NCBI GenBank assembly: GCA_040217195.1
Contig: JAVJNR010000008.1
Location: forward strand, 320,001-384,000
DNA from: Leptospiraceae bacterium
GTDB lineage: Bacteria > Spirochaetota > Leptospiria > Leptospirales > Leptonemataceae
Reading direction: 5' to 3'
Length of the DNA stretch: 64,000 nucleotides
Shown: in pieces, positions 30,599 to 40,902 of the stretch
How the letters are laid out: each line of letters begins with the position of its first letter
How positions within the stretch are numbered: position 1 is the stretch's first letter
Program-made: the position numbers and the translations under genes
The notes under the pieces: generated by a model
The model's input: only the letters and a program-made list of their open reading frames with translations
What the model was told of the DNA's origin: nothing
Databases searched by the model: none

Positions 30599-32684
30599 TC
30601 CGTCGAGCCGCAATCTGAAAATTCCTTCAGCACTGAAGCAATCTTTTTCATCGCTTTCAGAACACATTCCCGGATTCCAGCTCCGTAACAGGCAGCTGGA
30701 ATTCGCCGCTTCCTGCCATAATACACTTACCAATTCCTCAACTTTGCTCATTGAAGCTGGAACCGGAATTGGTAAAACCCTGGGATACCTGATTCCACTC
30801 ATAGCCTATGCACGGCGTAACCAGGTACGGGTGGCCATCAGCACAGAAACCAGGAATTTGCAGCATCAGATTCTGCAGAAGGATCTACCCCTGGCCTTGA
30901 AGGCTCTGGGGCTTTCCAGCGAAGAATTCCGGGCAGAGGTATGCATGGGAGCTTCCAACTATCTCTGTATTCGAAGAATGCATCGAGTGGGAAAGGAGAT
31001 TCCTCCGGACCGAGCGGAAGAATATGAAAGACTGTTGAGTTTCCATTCCGAGACCAGCATAGCCATGCGAACCGAGGCACCGGTAAGTCCTCAACTCTGG
31101 AGCAAAGTGGGCAGGGATTCAGAAGACTGTCTGGGCCGAAAATGCATGTACTATGATCACTCGCCTTATTTTCTGGCCCGGGAACGTTGGCGTCAGGCTC
31201 ATTTGCTGATTATGAATCATAGTCTGCTGGCAGCGCACCTGGAGAGTAAAGGGCAACTGCTGCCGGAGTTCCATGCAATTGTGGTGGATGAGGCCCATGG
31301 AGTAGCAGAAACCATCAACCGTAGCCGGGTCATGCGAATGGGTCCGTCGGAGATGGATCAACTGGCCCGCACAGGTTTGATTCAAAATGCAGAGCTAATG
31401 CAGGCCACCGAAGGATTAAAGAAAGAATTGCAGCATGTCTTCCGCCTGGATCCTGGACATAGAGTGCGAATTCGAAAAGGGCTTCGTTTAAGTTTGCTTT
31501 CCGGTTTCATGGAAGCCTGTAGAAATACTCTTTCTATGGTGGAAGACCGGATGGAGCAAGAAGAGGATCTCTTTAGCGAAGATGAAGATCGGTTACAGTC
31601 GGAGAATATGCTGGAACTGCAATTTCAGAAGAATCGAATAAATGAAGGTATGCAGTTCTTTGATTCTTTATCCGTGGATGAAGGCGAAAACCATGTTCGA
31701 TGGGCTGAAGGTAATAAGGTCGGAATTGATCTGCATGCAGGTCCGGTCCAATCCTCAACGTTCATTCGGGAAAGATTGATTCAGGCCATGGATGCCACAA
31801 TTCTTTGCTCCGCCACATTGAAAACAGGCACAGACTTTAGCTTCATTCGTCAGGGACTGGGACTATCCACGGACCAGCAGCCAGCTGATTCCAGATCCAG
31901 TCGCAAAAGTGGCATGGACTCGGAGAATTCCGAAGAAGATGCATCGATTGAAGGCGCTGAAGGAAAGGATCGGGCCATTACACCGGCTGTATCGGAGCTG
32001 AGCCTTCCATCGCCTTTTGACTATCCCAATCAGGCTCTTTTGTATCTGCCAGAAAGTATACCGGACCCGGCAGAGAATGAACAGCTGTACAATGAACGCT
32101 GCGCCACTGAAATTCAGCATATGATCAATCTTACCGGCGGCGGCTGCTTTGTACTCTTTACATCCAGAAAGAGCTTGAAGCAAATCCATGATCTGCTGCG
32201 TAACTACCTGGAGCAGGCAGACCTTCCGGTAATCTCCCAGCTGGACATGGATGCAGGACGAGCTATCCGAGAGTTTAGAAAGGATCCTTCCTCGGTGCTT
32301 TTTGGGTTGGCCAGCTTCTGGCAGGGAGTGGATGTTTCAGGCGACGATCTTCGCAGCGTCATACTTTGCAGAATTCCATTTCAGGTACCGGATGATCCTC
32401 TGGTAGAGGCCAGAATTGAAACAGAAAAGCAGGCCGGCCGCACTCCATTTCTTACCATTCAGCTACCTCATGCAATTCTGAGACTGAAGCAGGGGGCCGG
32501 CCGCCTGATTCGCGGAGAAAAGGACCGAGGCATTATTGCTATTTTGGACCCTCGTATCCGAACCAGAAAGTACGGGAAAACCATTCTCAATTCATTACCT
32601 CCAGCAAGGCCCATCAGTACGCGCCGGGAGCTGGAACAGGCCTATACAGAGCTGTGGGAATCCGCCGGGTCTGCCGATATCTGA
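30567..32684 (+). CDS. DinG/YoaA-family ATP-dependent helicase
   Basis: EAGTGIGKT, NYLC, VVDEAH, SATL, SPFDY, LFTS, FWQGVD and KQGAGRLIR motifs. Confidence 0.93.
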   Translation: MTVIPDKSGSDPSSRNLKIPSALKQSFSSLSEHIPGFQLRNRQLEFAASCHNTLTNSSTLLIEAGTGIGKTLGYLIPLIAYARRNQVRVAISTETRNLQHQILQKDLPLALKALGLSSEEFRAEVCMGASNYLCIRRMHRVGKEIPPDRAEEYERLLSFHSETSIAMRTEAPVSPQLWSKVGRDSEDCLGRKCMYYDHSPYFLARERWRQAHLLIMNHSLLAAHLESKGQLLPEFHAIVVDEAHGVAETINRSRVMRMGPSEMDQLARTGLIQNAELMQATEGLKKELQHVFRLDPGHRVRIRKGLRLSLLSGFMEACRNTLSMVEDRMEQEEDLFSEDEDRLQSENMLELQFQKNRINEGMQFFDSLSVDEGENHVRWAEGNKVGIDLHAGPVQSSTFIRERLIQAMDATILCSATLKTGTDFSFIRQGLGLSTDQQPADSRSSRKSGMDSENSEEDASIEGAEGKDRAITPAVSELSLPSPFDYPNQALLYLPESIPDPAENEQLYNERCATEIQHMINLTGGGCFVLFTSRKSLKQIHDLLRNYLEQADLPVISQLDMDAGRAIREFRKDPSSVLFGLASFWQGVDVSGDDLRSVILCRIPFQVPDDPLVEARIETEKQAGRTPFLTIQLPHAILRLKQGAGRLIRGEKDRGIIAILDPRIRTRKYGKTILNSLPPARPISTRRELEQAYTELWESAGSADI

Positions 32685-32687
32685 ATT

Positions 32688-33572
32688 ATGTCATCATTGA
32701 AGATTCGGGCTTTGCTGGCCTTTTCTATTGTGGTACTCTTTCATACTTCGGTTCATGCTATTGGCCCGGAGCCCGGAGCCCCATTTGCAATTCGCTCCTA
32801 TCATTTTGTACAACAAATCGATGAATCGACTTTCATCAACTGGACCGGAGGGTTCATCTATACATCCATCAAAGTACCTTTGAAAAGAGTAAACAGTAAG
32901 GATTCTCCTTCTGCAGATACTCCCGGTTCTCTTACCGAAGCAAGAGCTATGGCGCGCCAGGAAGCCCAGCGTCTGGCCATGGGAAAATTGTTTGAAGCCT
33001 TGAAATCCTTTCCTGTGGAATCGGATAAGACTGTGCTGGACCTGCTTCAAGAAAATGAACGATTCCGTATGCAGGTTGGTCGGCTGCAGGATCGGGTGAG
33101 AGTGAAATCAAGACGAACTGGCGAAGGCTATGTTACTCTGGAACTGGGTTTGTATCTGTATGGCCGAAATGGTCTGCTTGGAATACTACCTGATCGGTCT
33201 GGAGAACGGATTCCTTCCATGAGTCCAGAAGGACCTGAGGATGAAGTGACCGGGATCATCGTAATGGTGGATGAAGGTCTTCGATTTAAACCTGTGCTGC
33301 GACCAGCTCTTTATATGAGTAATGGACGCAGAATCTATGGCCCTGGAACTCTGCAGCCAGGTTTGAGCAGACCACCGGTTCTTTATTTTAAGAGTCTATC
33401 GGATGCCAGAGACAGAGGCAATGCAGGACTCAGGCCGGCCATTATCTATGCAACGGAAATCATCAACAACGGTGATGCGGTGATTGACTCCTCGGATGCC
33501 CGAAGGATTCTGGGAAGCCGCACCGGTCGACAGGCCCTGCGAGAATCCAGAATTATCTTTGTGATGCCATGA
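32688..33572 (+). CDS. Exported hypothetical protein (possibly LPP20-like)
   Basis: Signal peptide; INWTGGFI...ARAMAR..A..A...TGIIV; overlaps the hldA start. Confidence 0.6.
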   Translation: MSSLKIRALLAFSIVVLFHTSVHAIGPEPGAPFAIRSYHFVQQIDESTFINWTGGFIYTSIKVPLKRVNSKDSPSADTPGSLTEARAMARQEAQRLAMGKLFEALKSFPVESDKTVLDLLQENERFRMQVGRLQDRVRVKSRRTGEGYVTLELGLYLYGRNGLLGILPDRSGERIPSMSPEGPEDEVTGIIVMVDEGLRFKPVLRPALYMSNGRRIYGPGTLQPGLSRPPVLYFKSLSDARDRGNAGLRPAIIYATEIINNGDAVIDSSDARRILGSRTGRQALRESRIIFVMP

Positions 33573-34546
33573 GGCGAGACCGAATAGAGCAAATCATATC
33601 GGAGTTCCCTAAAAGACCCATCATTGTACTCGGAGATTTTATGATCGATGAGTATATCTTTGGTTCCGTGGAGCGGATCTCTCCGGAAGCACCGGTACCT
33701 GTGGTAGAGCAGAAACGAGTGGAGCGAATTCCAGGCGGCGCAGGTAATGTGGTCTGCAATCTAAGAGCCCTGGGAGTTCCGGTGATCGCATCTGGAATTA
33801 GCGGTTTCGATGAAAGAGCTCAGGAACTGGAAAAGGATCTAATTGATCTTGGTGTAGACCAGGGCAGAATTCTTTTCGAAAAACTGGATCGCCCCACCAC
33901 CAGAAAGACACGAATCTTCGCAGCCAATCAGCAGGTCTGTAGACTGGACCTGGAAGATCGCAGCCCCATCCAGGAAACTACAGTGGATGCTTTGATCAAT
34001 CGTCTGGACCAGGCGATCTCGGAATCTGCAGCCATTATTCTGTCTGATTATGATAAGGGAGTTATTGTACCGGAGCTAATAAGTCGAATAGTGGAAAGAG
34101 CTGCCCGGCAAAGCACCTACGTAGCAGTGGATCCTCAGGTTACCCATTTCAGTCAGTACCGCAATGTGGATATTCTAACTCCCAATCATCTGGAAGCCGG
34201 GCGATTCCTGTTGCGCGAACTGAAGACCGATGAAGCCGTGGAAACTGGAGGACGAGAAATCCTTGAACGATTGAACTGCAAAAGCCTGCTTATCACTCGT
34301 GGTGAAAAAGGTATGAGCCTGATTGAGCCCGATCGGATTCGGCATTTCCCGACGGTAGCCACGGAAGTATTCGATGTGACTGGAGCCGGCGATACGGTAA
34401 TCTCTGTTTTTACTCTTGTAATGGCCAGCGGTGGAACCCTGAAAGAAGCGGTACACCTGAGTAACTTCGCAGCTGGAATTGTAATACGAAGAATTGGTGC
34501 AGCTACGGTAAAAGCTGAGGAGTTACTGGGCGCAGCCGAAAGTTGA
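33569..34546 (+). CDS. hldA: D-glycero-beta-D-manno-heptose-7-phosphate kinase (RfaE domain I)
   Basis: GDFMIDEY, RISPEAPVPV, GGAGNV, SDYDKG, TPNHLE and DVTGAGDT motifs. Confidence 0.95.
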   Translation: MRRDRIEQIISEFPKRPIIVLGDFMIDEYIFGSVERISPEAPVPVVEQKRVERIPGGAGNVVCNLRALGVPVIASGISGFDERAQELEKDLIDLGVDQGRILFEKLDRPTTRKTRIFAANQQVCRLDLEDRSPIQETTVDALINRLDQAISESAAIILSDYDKGVIVPELISRIVERAARQSTYVAVDPQVTHFSQYRNVDILTPNHLEAGRFLLRELKTDEAVETGGREILERLNCKSLLITRGEKGMSLIEPDRIRHFPTVATEVFDVTGAGDTVISVFTLVMASGGTLKEAVHLSNFAAGIVIRRIGAATVKAEELLGAAES

Positions 34547-34712
34547 AGCCCACGGCCCATCAAGACTGGAAAATAGGCCCACTTTCGATTTTACTGGAAT
34601 GGATCTCTGAGGCAACCAGCAACCGGAAATCCAAAACCTGGAATGCACTGAGTAAATTCCAGAAATTACAATGCAAAGAAGAAAGAATCCAACGTAGATT
34701 TGATGCAACACA

Positions 34713-35219
34713 ATGAACAAGACCAGCCAATTGAATTTCCTGGAAGATAAGATCTATGAAAGCGCAGAGGACTTGCGCAAGAAAGTGAATGCTCTACAAC
34801 ACCAGGGCAAGACCATCGTATTTACCAATGGCTGTTTTGACATTTTGCATCGAGGTCATGTGGAATATCTATGTCGTGCAAGAGACCTGGGCGATCATCT
34901 GATTCTGGGCCTGAATTCGGATGAATCTGTACATGGATTGAAAGGTGAAGGACGCCCCGTTCAGACTCTGGAAGATAGGATTCGAATACTTGCCGGACTT
35001 TTCTGCCTGGATTTTCTGGTGCCTTTTTCCGAATCCACACCGGAGAATCTATTGTCCATTCTTAAGCCTGACATTCATACCAAGGGTGGAGATTACAAAC
35101 CAGAGGCATTACCCGAAGCTTCTATCGTGGAATCCTATGGCGGAAAAGTAATCATTTTGCCATTTCTGGAAGGACGTTCCAGCTCAAGTATTATCAAGAG
35201 AAGTCAAAGACCTGGTTAG
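34713..35219 (+). CDS. hldC: D-glycero-beta-D-manno-heptose-1-phosphate adenylyltransferase (RfaE domain II)
   Basis: FTNGCFDILHRGH, GLNSDES, LKGEGRP, KGGDY and SSSSII motifs. Confidence 0.95.
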   Translation: MNKTSQLNFLEDKIYESAEDLRKKVNALQHQGKTIVFTNGCFDILHRGHVEYLCRARDLGDHLILGLNSDESVHGLKGEGRPVQTLEDRIRILAGLFCLDFLVPFSESTPENLLSILKPDIHTKGGDYKPEALPEASIVESYGGKVIILPFLEGRSSSSIIKRSQRPG

Positions 35220-35409
35220 GCAGATTGGAACCCGGGTTCCGTTTGATGGAAACCCGGCTGGCACAATCCATATTGGGCCTCGGTGAAAACTGCCTGCCCG
35301 AATGAAATTTTTAGTCCCTGGCAGAAAACTCAAAGGAATTTCTGGGTGATTGGATTTCAGAAGCGCCACCAGGATCCGCTTTTATGGGCCCGGTGCACCA
35401 CCGAATGGT

Positions 35410-36465
35410 TCAGGCCATTTCCAGTAAAAATGAGCCCATTTCGTCAACCAGAGTGCGGGCCTCCGGTACCGTGCCGGTGAGATTTATGGCTCCGTGGATC
35501 AGACTTTCATACGTTTTCACTCGAACATTGGCGCCGGCTTCCTGCATCAGATTGGCCAGCCGCAGACCCTGATCTCTGAGGGGATCAAATCCGCAAACCT
35601 GTATGAATGTGGGCGGCAGAGATTTCAAATCGGTCTTTCTTGCATGGCATGGACTTATGATGTAATCTTCAAAATCTGTATTCTGCGAAAATGCATGGCG
35701 ACGAAAGTAATCAAGCATTGTGCCTGTTAATCCGTATCCTTCCGCCATTTCGATCATGGAACTATCGGCGATGGCGGAATTGCCCAGATCAACCCAGGGA
35801 TAGATAATGGATTGAAAGGAAGGCCGTTTCCATCGCTTACGTTTGCTACGAAAGCAAACGTTCAGGCATAGATTTCCGCCGGCGCTATCGCCGCCAAGCC
35901 CCAGACGACTGGAATCTATTCCCAGATTGTGTCCGTGTTCCAGCACCCATTGATAGACCGAAAGAGCATCTTCTGCGGCCGCAGGATATGGAAACTCCGG
36001 AGCCAGGCGATAGTCCACAGATATAATTACAAGTCCGCTCTGAATGGCCAGACTTCGAAGCATGGAATCGTTTGTATCAAGGTCCCCGATAACAAAGCCA
36101 CCGCCATGAAAGTATATCATACCTGGCTGCAAAGCTGCTTCGCAGGTGGCCGAATAGAGCCGCAGTCGAATTCTATCGTTGTCCGGACCTGGTATGGAAA
36201 AGCTTTCTACCCGGGCCACGGGCTCCGGAGGCATATTAAAATGTTCTAGCAAATCCGACAACTGCTGCCTGGCTGCCAGTGGAGAAAGGTTTTCGGTGGG
36301 CTCATGGATGCGAGAAAGCAAAAGACCCATTTGAATTCTGGCATCCAGCAAGAAGCCTGATTCATTTTTCTTTTTTCCTCCGGAAAGAAATCGCAGCAAT
36401 CCCTCCGGAAGACTGAGTATTGCTCTGCCTGTTTTTCCCTCCAGGGTCTGCTTCCATCCAGCCAT
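35410..36465 (-). CDS. Hormone-sensitive-lipase family esterase/lipase
   Basis: HGGGF, VDYRLAPE, GDSAGG, DPLRD and IHG motifs. Confidence 0.93.
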   Translation of the reverse strand: MAGWKQTLEGKTGRAILSLPEGLLRFLSGGKKKNESGFLLDARIQMGLLLSRIHEPTENLSPLAARQQLSDLLEHFNMPPEPVARVESFSIPGPDNDRIRLRLYSATCEAALQPGMIYFHGGGFVIGDLDTNDSMLRSLAIQSGLVIISVDYRLAPEFPYPAAAEDALSVYQWVLEHGHNLGIDSSRLGLGGDSAGGNLCLNVCFRSKRKRWKRPSFQSIIYPWVDLGNSAIADSSMIEMAEGYGLTGTMLDYFRRHAFSQNTDFEDYIISPCHARKTDLKSLPPTFIQVCGFDPLRDQGLRLANLMQEAGANVRVKTYESLIHGAINLTGTVPEARTLVDEMGSFLLEMA

Positions 36466-36707
36466 GGTTTAGCAAATGCAGATCCGTCCAGGGAAGCAAG
36501 TAAATCCTGAGAATCGAAACGGATTCCGGGCTACTCAAACGCATCATAATCGGATTTCAATATTTCAGCATTTCAGAATCTCAAATTTGAATGGAAAATA
36601 AAAGAACCGGACTGAGATCGAAAATTCAAGAACAGCACAACTCTGGAATGGCCCTGGCATTGGAAAATGTGTGGACCGGAGGTAAGTCCTGAAGTAAGAA
36701 AGGGTGT

Positions 36708-38492
36708 ATGCATTCTCATCCTTTTGACTTCGATTATATAATTATCGGAAGCGGCTTTGGCGGAAGTGTTTCCGCTCTTCGCCTGGCTCAAAAGGGTTAC
36801 TCTGTGGCTGTTCTGGAATCCGGAAAGAGATGGCAGACCCATGAATTTCCAAAAACGAATTGGAATCTCAGAAAGTATCTATGGATGCCTCGCCTGGGTT
36901 TCTATGGAATTCAACGAATCAATATACTGAATGATTTTCTCCTGGTGAGCGGTGCCGGAGTAGGCGGAGGCAGCCTGGTCTATGCGAATACCCTGTACGT
37001 ACCACCGGATTCAGTACTGAAAAAGCCGGTGTTTTCCAGACTGGGAGGACCATCCGGCTTGCATCCTTTTTACAGGGTTGCATCACATATGCTGGGCGTA
37101 ACCACAAATCCCAAACTCTTCGAACCAGACCGGGTTCTCAAAGAAGTGGCCTCGGACATGGGCAAAGAGGATACCTTTCGTCCAACGCCGGTGGGCGTCT
37201 ATTTCGGGGATGGTCCCGGTACTTCCGGTGGAGATCCCTTTTTCCAGGGGGATGGCCCGGAACGTATGGGATGTAATTACTGTGGCGGGTGCATGGTTGG
37301 ATGTCGTTATCATTCCAAGAATACCCTGGACAAGAATTACCTGTATCTTGCTGAAAAGCTGGGAGTGCAGGTATTTCCAGAAACGAAAGCCGTGGATTTG
37401 CTGCCACTGAACTCAGCCGGTCAGCCAGATCCTACAGCAGATGGAAAATCTGGATTTGAAGTACGGACCAGAAGCACCACAGGATTTTTGGGTCTACCTG
37501 GAAAAAAACTCCGTACTCAGAGTGTCATCCTTTCTGCAGGAGTGATGGGCACCGTTGGACTATTGCTGGAGATGAAGAAAAAGGGACGTCTGCCGCATCT
37601 AAGTTCCAGACTGGGAAGTCGAGTGCGAACCAATAGCGAAACGGTTCTGGTGGCCACCAAATACGGTAAAACGGAACAGGGGATTCGACCGGATTACTCC
37701 AGAGGAGTGGCCATTACCTCCAGTATTCATGTGGATGATCATACTCATGTGGAACCGGTTCGGTATCCGGCGGGCGCCGATTTCTTCGGTTTGCTGGCAA
37801 GCCCCATGCCTGCAGATTCAGGTCGCATCCCTCGGCCACTGCGATATCTGGGCCTGTTATTCACTCATCCATTGTATTTCCTGAAAGCTTCCAATCCGTT
37901 TGGATTTGCTAAAAACTCTGTGATACTTCTGGTCATGCAAACTCTGGATAATAGCGTGCAATTAATTCGAAAGCGTCGTTGGGCCTGGCCTTTTCAGAGG
38001 TCCACCACATCGCGCCTGGAACCTGGAAGTGAGAAATCCCCGGCCACCATTCCCATTGGAAATGAGGTCACTCGACGGGTAGCAGATAAGATTGGAGGGA
38101 TTCCCAGAAGCTCAATAAATGAAGTCCTGCTCAATGCTCCTGTGACCGGCCATATAATGGGCGGCTGTATTATGGGCGATTCTGCGGAAGAAGGTGTAAT
38201 TGATCTGCAAAATCGAGTATTCGGCTATCATAACCTGAGAGTGTGCGATGGCTCCATGCTTACTGAGAATCTGGGAGTCAACCCAAGCCTGACCATCACT
38301 GCATTAAGCGAACGGGCCATGTCTTTTATTCCAACCAGAGCAGGCAAGCCCCGGCTGTTCGACTTCGAGCGAAAAATGAAATTCACCTCCATTCTGGCTC
38401 AGCCCCCCGCGCCTGCGAAAAGACCGGTGACTGGCCCGAAGGATTCATCCAGAAAAAAAACCAAATCAAGTACCGGACGGTCAGGCAGGTAG
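36708..38492 (+). CDS. GMC oxidoreductase, cholesterol oxidase (ChoD)-like
   Basis: [48 protein letters not shown] and [12 protein letters not shown] motifs. Confidence 0.9.
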   Translation: MHSHPFDFDYIIIGSGFGGSVSALRLAQKGYSVAVLESGKRWQTHEFPKTNWNLRKYLWMPRLGFYGIQRINILNDFLLVSGAGVGGGSLVYANTLYVPPDSVLKKPVFSRLGGPSGLHPFYRVASHMLGVTTNPKLFEPDRVLKEVASDMGKEDTFRPTPVGVYFGDGPGTSGGDPFFQGDGPERMGCNYCGGCMVGCRYHSKNTLDKNYLYLAEKLGVQVFPETKAVDLLPLNSAGQPDPTADGKSGFEVRTRSTTGFLGLPGKKLRTQSVILSAGVMGTVGLLLEMKKKGRLPHLSSRLGSRVRTNSETVLVATKYGKTEQGIRPDYSRGVAITSSIHVDDHTHVEPVRYPAGADFFGLLASPMPADSGRIPRPLRYLGLLFTHPLYFLKASNPFGFAKNSVILLVMQTLDNSVQLIRKRRWAWPFQRSTTSRLEPGSEKSPATIPIGNEVTRRVADKIGGIPRSSINEVLLNAPVTGHIMGGCIMGDSAEEGVIDLQNRVFGYHNLRVCDGSMLTENLGVNPSLTITALSERAMSFIPTRAGKPRLFDFERKMKFTSILAQPPAPAKRPVTGPKDSSRKKTKSSTGRSGR

Positions 38493-38576
38493 CCTGCCTT
38501 GTTACGTTTCCTGTGGTTTCATAATGTTTGATTTCAGGACCGCCAAAGCCGGGCGGCCCGCATTCTTATTTTTGGA

Positions 38577-40118
38577 TTATCTTTTTCTGCCGGGTCCGGC
38601 CAGGGCTTTTTTTGTCGCCGCAGGCCCGGAGGATCGACCATTGCTGCTGTTTGCATGCCTGGATCGAGTTTCCGGATAATTGAAAGCCAGTGGCTGAATG
38701 GAAAGACTGTGATTCTCCCTCCGGGCTCTTTTGCGACCTTTGCGATTTTCCTTTTCCAGCTCGGCCAGAAATAGCTCAAAATCCACCTGCATGGTATGTC
38801 GCGCTGATTGAACGTATCGCCGTGCCATGCTTTTTTGCTCTGCTTCCATGTAGCTATACATGCTTTTTGTAGAAGGCAAAGAGTAGTCTCCTTTTAGAAG
38901 ACCGGCATACCATTTACTCTGCGCTTCGGATAGAGGCATAACCGGCCCCAGAGGCTGGAGCAATCCTACAAAGCAAATGCCGGGCCTTTCTGGTTTAATC
39001 GCTCGATGGAATAGAGGCAGGTAGTTGTTGGGAGCCGCAATGAATCCTTCATCAAAGAAAGGAAACTCTACATTGTAACCGGTACACCAGACAATAGCAT
39101 CGATCTGCTCGGAAGAGCCATCCTGAAAATATACATTTCGCGCATCCAGACGATCAATACCCGGCCTATATTTGAGATCCCCGCTTCCCAATCGTCCCAG
39201 GATTTCATTGGAGATAGTTGGATGGGCCTGACCAATGCCAAAGTCAGGTTCAGGCAAACCGAAGCTGGACATTTTTCCCACAGCAAGCCTGAAAATGATG
39301 GAGGCTACAAACTCTTTGAACCAGAAAGGCACCCAGACAGGAAATGCTTCGGTCAGTTTATCGAACGGCTTGCCGAACAGATACTTGGGAAATACGTATG
39401 CTCCACGTCGCCCGGACAGAAAAACATTCTTCGCAAGACCGGGACGGGAAATCTCTGTAGCAATATCCATGGCGCTGTTGCCCATTCCTACAACCAGTAC
39501 ATTCTTACCCACCAGGTTATGGGGTTTTTCAGGATCCACATAATGATGCGCATGGAACTGAATCCCTTTGAATTGCTTCTGTCCTGGATACTCGGGATCC
39601 GGCCATCGCTCGGACCAGTGGTGGCCATTGGCTACCATCACGGAATCGTAATGTATCTGACGACCGTCGGATAAGGTCACCTCATAGGTTCCATCCGATT
39701 CGGGTTCGACGTGCTGCACGGAAGTTCTAAATTGAATATGGTCATAGAGGCCAAAGTGCTTCGCATAGTCCTGAAAATAAGAATGGATCAATGTATGAGA
39801 TGGGTAATCAGGATAATCCTGCGGCATAGGGTAATCCCTGTATTCCATGCGATCTCTATGCGTATTGATATGCAGAGATTTATAAACGCTGCTCATTCCA
39901 TTGTCATTTCCGAATCGCCAGAGACCTCCTATGTCAGATCCCTTTTCATAGCAGTCGAATGGAATTCCGGCATCCTTCAACGCTTTAGCAGCAGTCATGC
40001 CGCTGCAACCAGCACCGATTATACAGACCCTGGGTAATCGACCTTCATTTTTTATATTGGCTCGGCGCCCCTTTGCTCCAGTGGAGCGAGTTGCTTTGCT
40101 TACGGTTTTTCCCTTCAT
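38577..40118 (-). CDS. Flavin-containing monooxygenase (class B FMO)
   Basis: GAGCSG, FMO fingerprint FKGIQFHAHHY, GMGNSAMD and WCTGY motifs. Confidence 0.93.
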   Translation of the reverse strand: MKGKTVSKATRSTGAKGRRANIKNEGRLPRVCIIGAGCSGMTAAKALKDAGIPFDCYEKGSDIGGLWRFGNDNGMSSVYKSLHINTHRDRMEYRDYPMPQDYPDYPSHTLIHSYFQDYAKHFGLYDHIQFRTSVQHVEPESDGTYEVTLSDGRQIHYDSVMVANGHHWSERWPDPEYPGQKQFKGIQFHAHHYVDPEKPHNLVGKNVLVVGMGNSAMDIATEISRPGLAKNVFLSGRRGAYVFPKYLFGKPFDKLTEAFPVWVPFWFKEFVASIIFRLAVGKMSSFGLPEPDFGIGQAHPTISNEILGRLGSGDLKYRPGIDRLDARNVYFQDGSSEQIDAIVWCTGYNVEFPFFDEGFIAAPNNYLPLFHRAIKPERPGICFVGLLQPLGPVMPLSEAQSKWYAGLLKGDYSLPSTKSMYSYMEAEQKSMARRYVQSARHTMQVDFELFLAELEKENRKGRKRARRENHSLSIQPLAFNYPETRSRHANSSNGRSSGPAATKKALAGPGRKR

Positions 40119-40147
40119 ATTTCCCCCTGGCCAGCACGGCCTGGTGA

Positions 40148-40176
40148 ATCTTAACTATGGACAGAAGGGCTGTCAA
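40148..40176 (-). promoter_or_regulatory. Sigma70-type promoter of the FMO gene
   Basis: Minus strand TTGACA-17 bp-TAAGAT, 29 bp upstream of the FMO ATG. Confidence 0.75.
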
Positions 40177-40178
40177 GA

Positions 40179-40203
40179 AAAAGTGACGCTTGCGTCAACT
40201 TTT
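40179..40203. promoter_or_regulatory. Candidate TetR operator
   Basis: AAAAG-TGACGC-TT-GCGTCA-ACTTTT inverted repeat between the two divergent -35 boxes. Confidence 0.7.
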
Positions 40204-40205
40204 GC

Positions 40206-40233
40206 TTGCCACCAGGATTCAAGGATCTATGCT
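40206..40233 (+). promoter_or_regulatory. Sigma70-type promoter of tetR, probably leaderless
   Basis: TTGCCA-16 bp-TATGCT-6 bp-ATG. Confidence 0.6.
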
Positions 40234-40239
40234 ACAGGA

Positions 40240-40902
40240 ATGTCCGGCCCGGGTCTCAGAGAACATCGCAAAGCGGCCAATCGTGCCGCAATCGTCAAGG
40301 GTGCTACCAGGGTATTCTCAGAAATGGGTTTTGAAGCCTGTACCGTGCGAGATATAGTCCGAGCCAGCGGTCTGGCTGCAGGAACCTTCTATAACTATTT
40401 CCAGAGCAAAGAAGAGGTTCTGGATTCCATGATTCAGGAAATCAGCACAGAGGTCCGCACCGTGGTTCAAAGAGCCAGAAGAGATTCCCTGGACGGTAAG
40501 TCGTTTATGGAAGAGGGATACCTGGGTTTCTTTCAGGTATTGTCCTCTGATCCGGGGCTTCTATGGATGCTTGCCAGAAATCAAAACATTTTTCGCTCCA
40601 TGGTATTTGGCATGCCCCCGGGAACCGTGGAGCAGCCCGGGCAACGAAGTAAACTGCGAAATAGACACTCCAGAGAAAGCGCTGCAGAAGGTATTCTAAA
40701 CGATCTAAAACGGGATTTGCGCTGGGCTGTTCGTAAAGGTTACTTTCGGGATATGAATCCGGATCTACTTGCCCGGGCCATAATAGGAGCCGGGTTTGAG
40801 ATATTGCTTACCATGGGCACTGATCCGGCCATGACTCCTGAAAAAGCGGCCTTCTTTCTTTCCGGTCTGTTTCTCACCGGAATTCAACCTCCATCCAGAT
40901 AG
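40240..40902 (+). CDS. TetR/AcrR family transcriptional regulator
   Basis: VFSEMGFEACTVRDIVRASGLAAGTFYNYFQSKEE HTH; divergent from the FMO gene. Confidence 0.93.
   Translation: MSGPGLREHRKAANRAAIVKGATRVFSEMGFEACTVRDIVRASGLAAGTFYNYFQSKEEVLDSMIQEISTEVRTVVQRARRDSLDGKSFMEEGYLGFFQVLSSDPGLLWMLARNQNIFRSMVFGMPPGTVEQPGQRSKLRNRHSRESAAEGILNDLKRDLRWAVRKGYFRDMNPDLLARAIIGAGFEILLTMGTDPAMTPEKAAFFLSGLFLTGIQPPSR

Noticed and set aside
35227..35240. Perfect palindrome GGAACCCGGGTTCC at the left edge of the lipid oxidation block, considered as an att site
   Set aside because: There is no matching copy at the right edge near 40903-41020 and no recombinase. It is more likely a 3' hairpin between convergent genes.
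39997..40239. Long N-terminal extension of the TetR ORF in the ORF track
   Set aside because: It overlaps the FMO gene and its promoter. The HTH and promoter position support ATG 40240.
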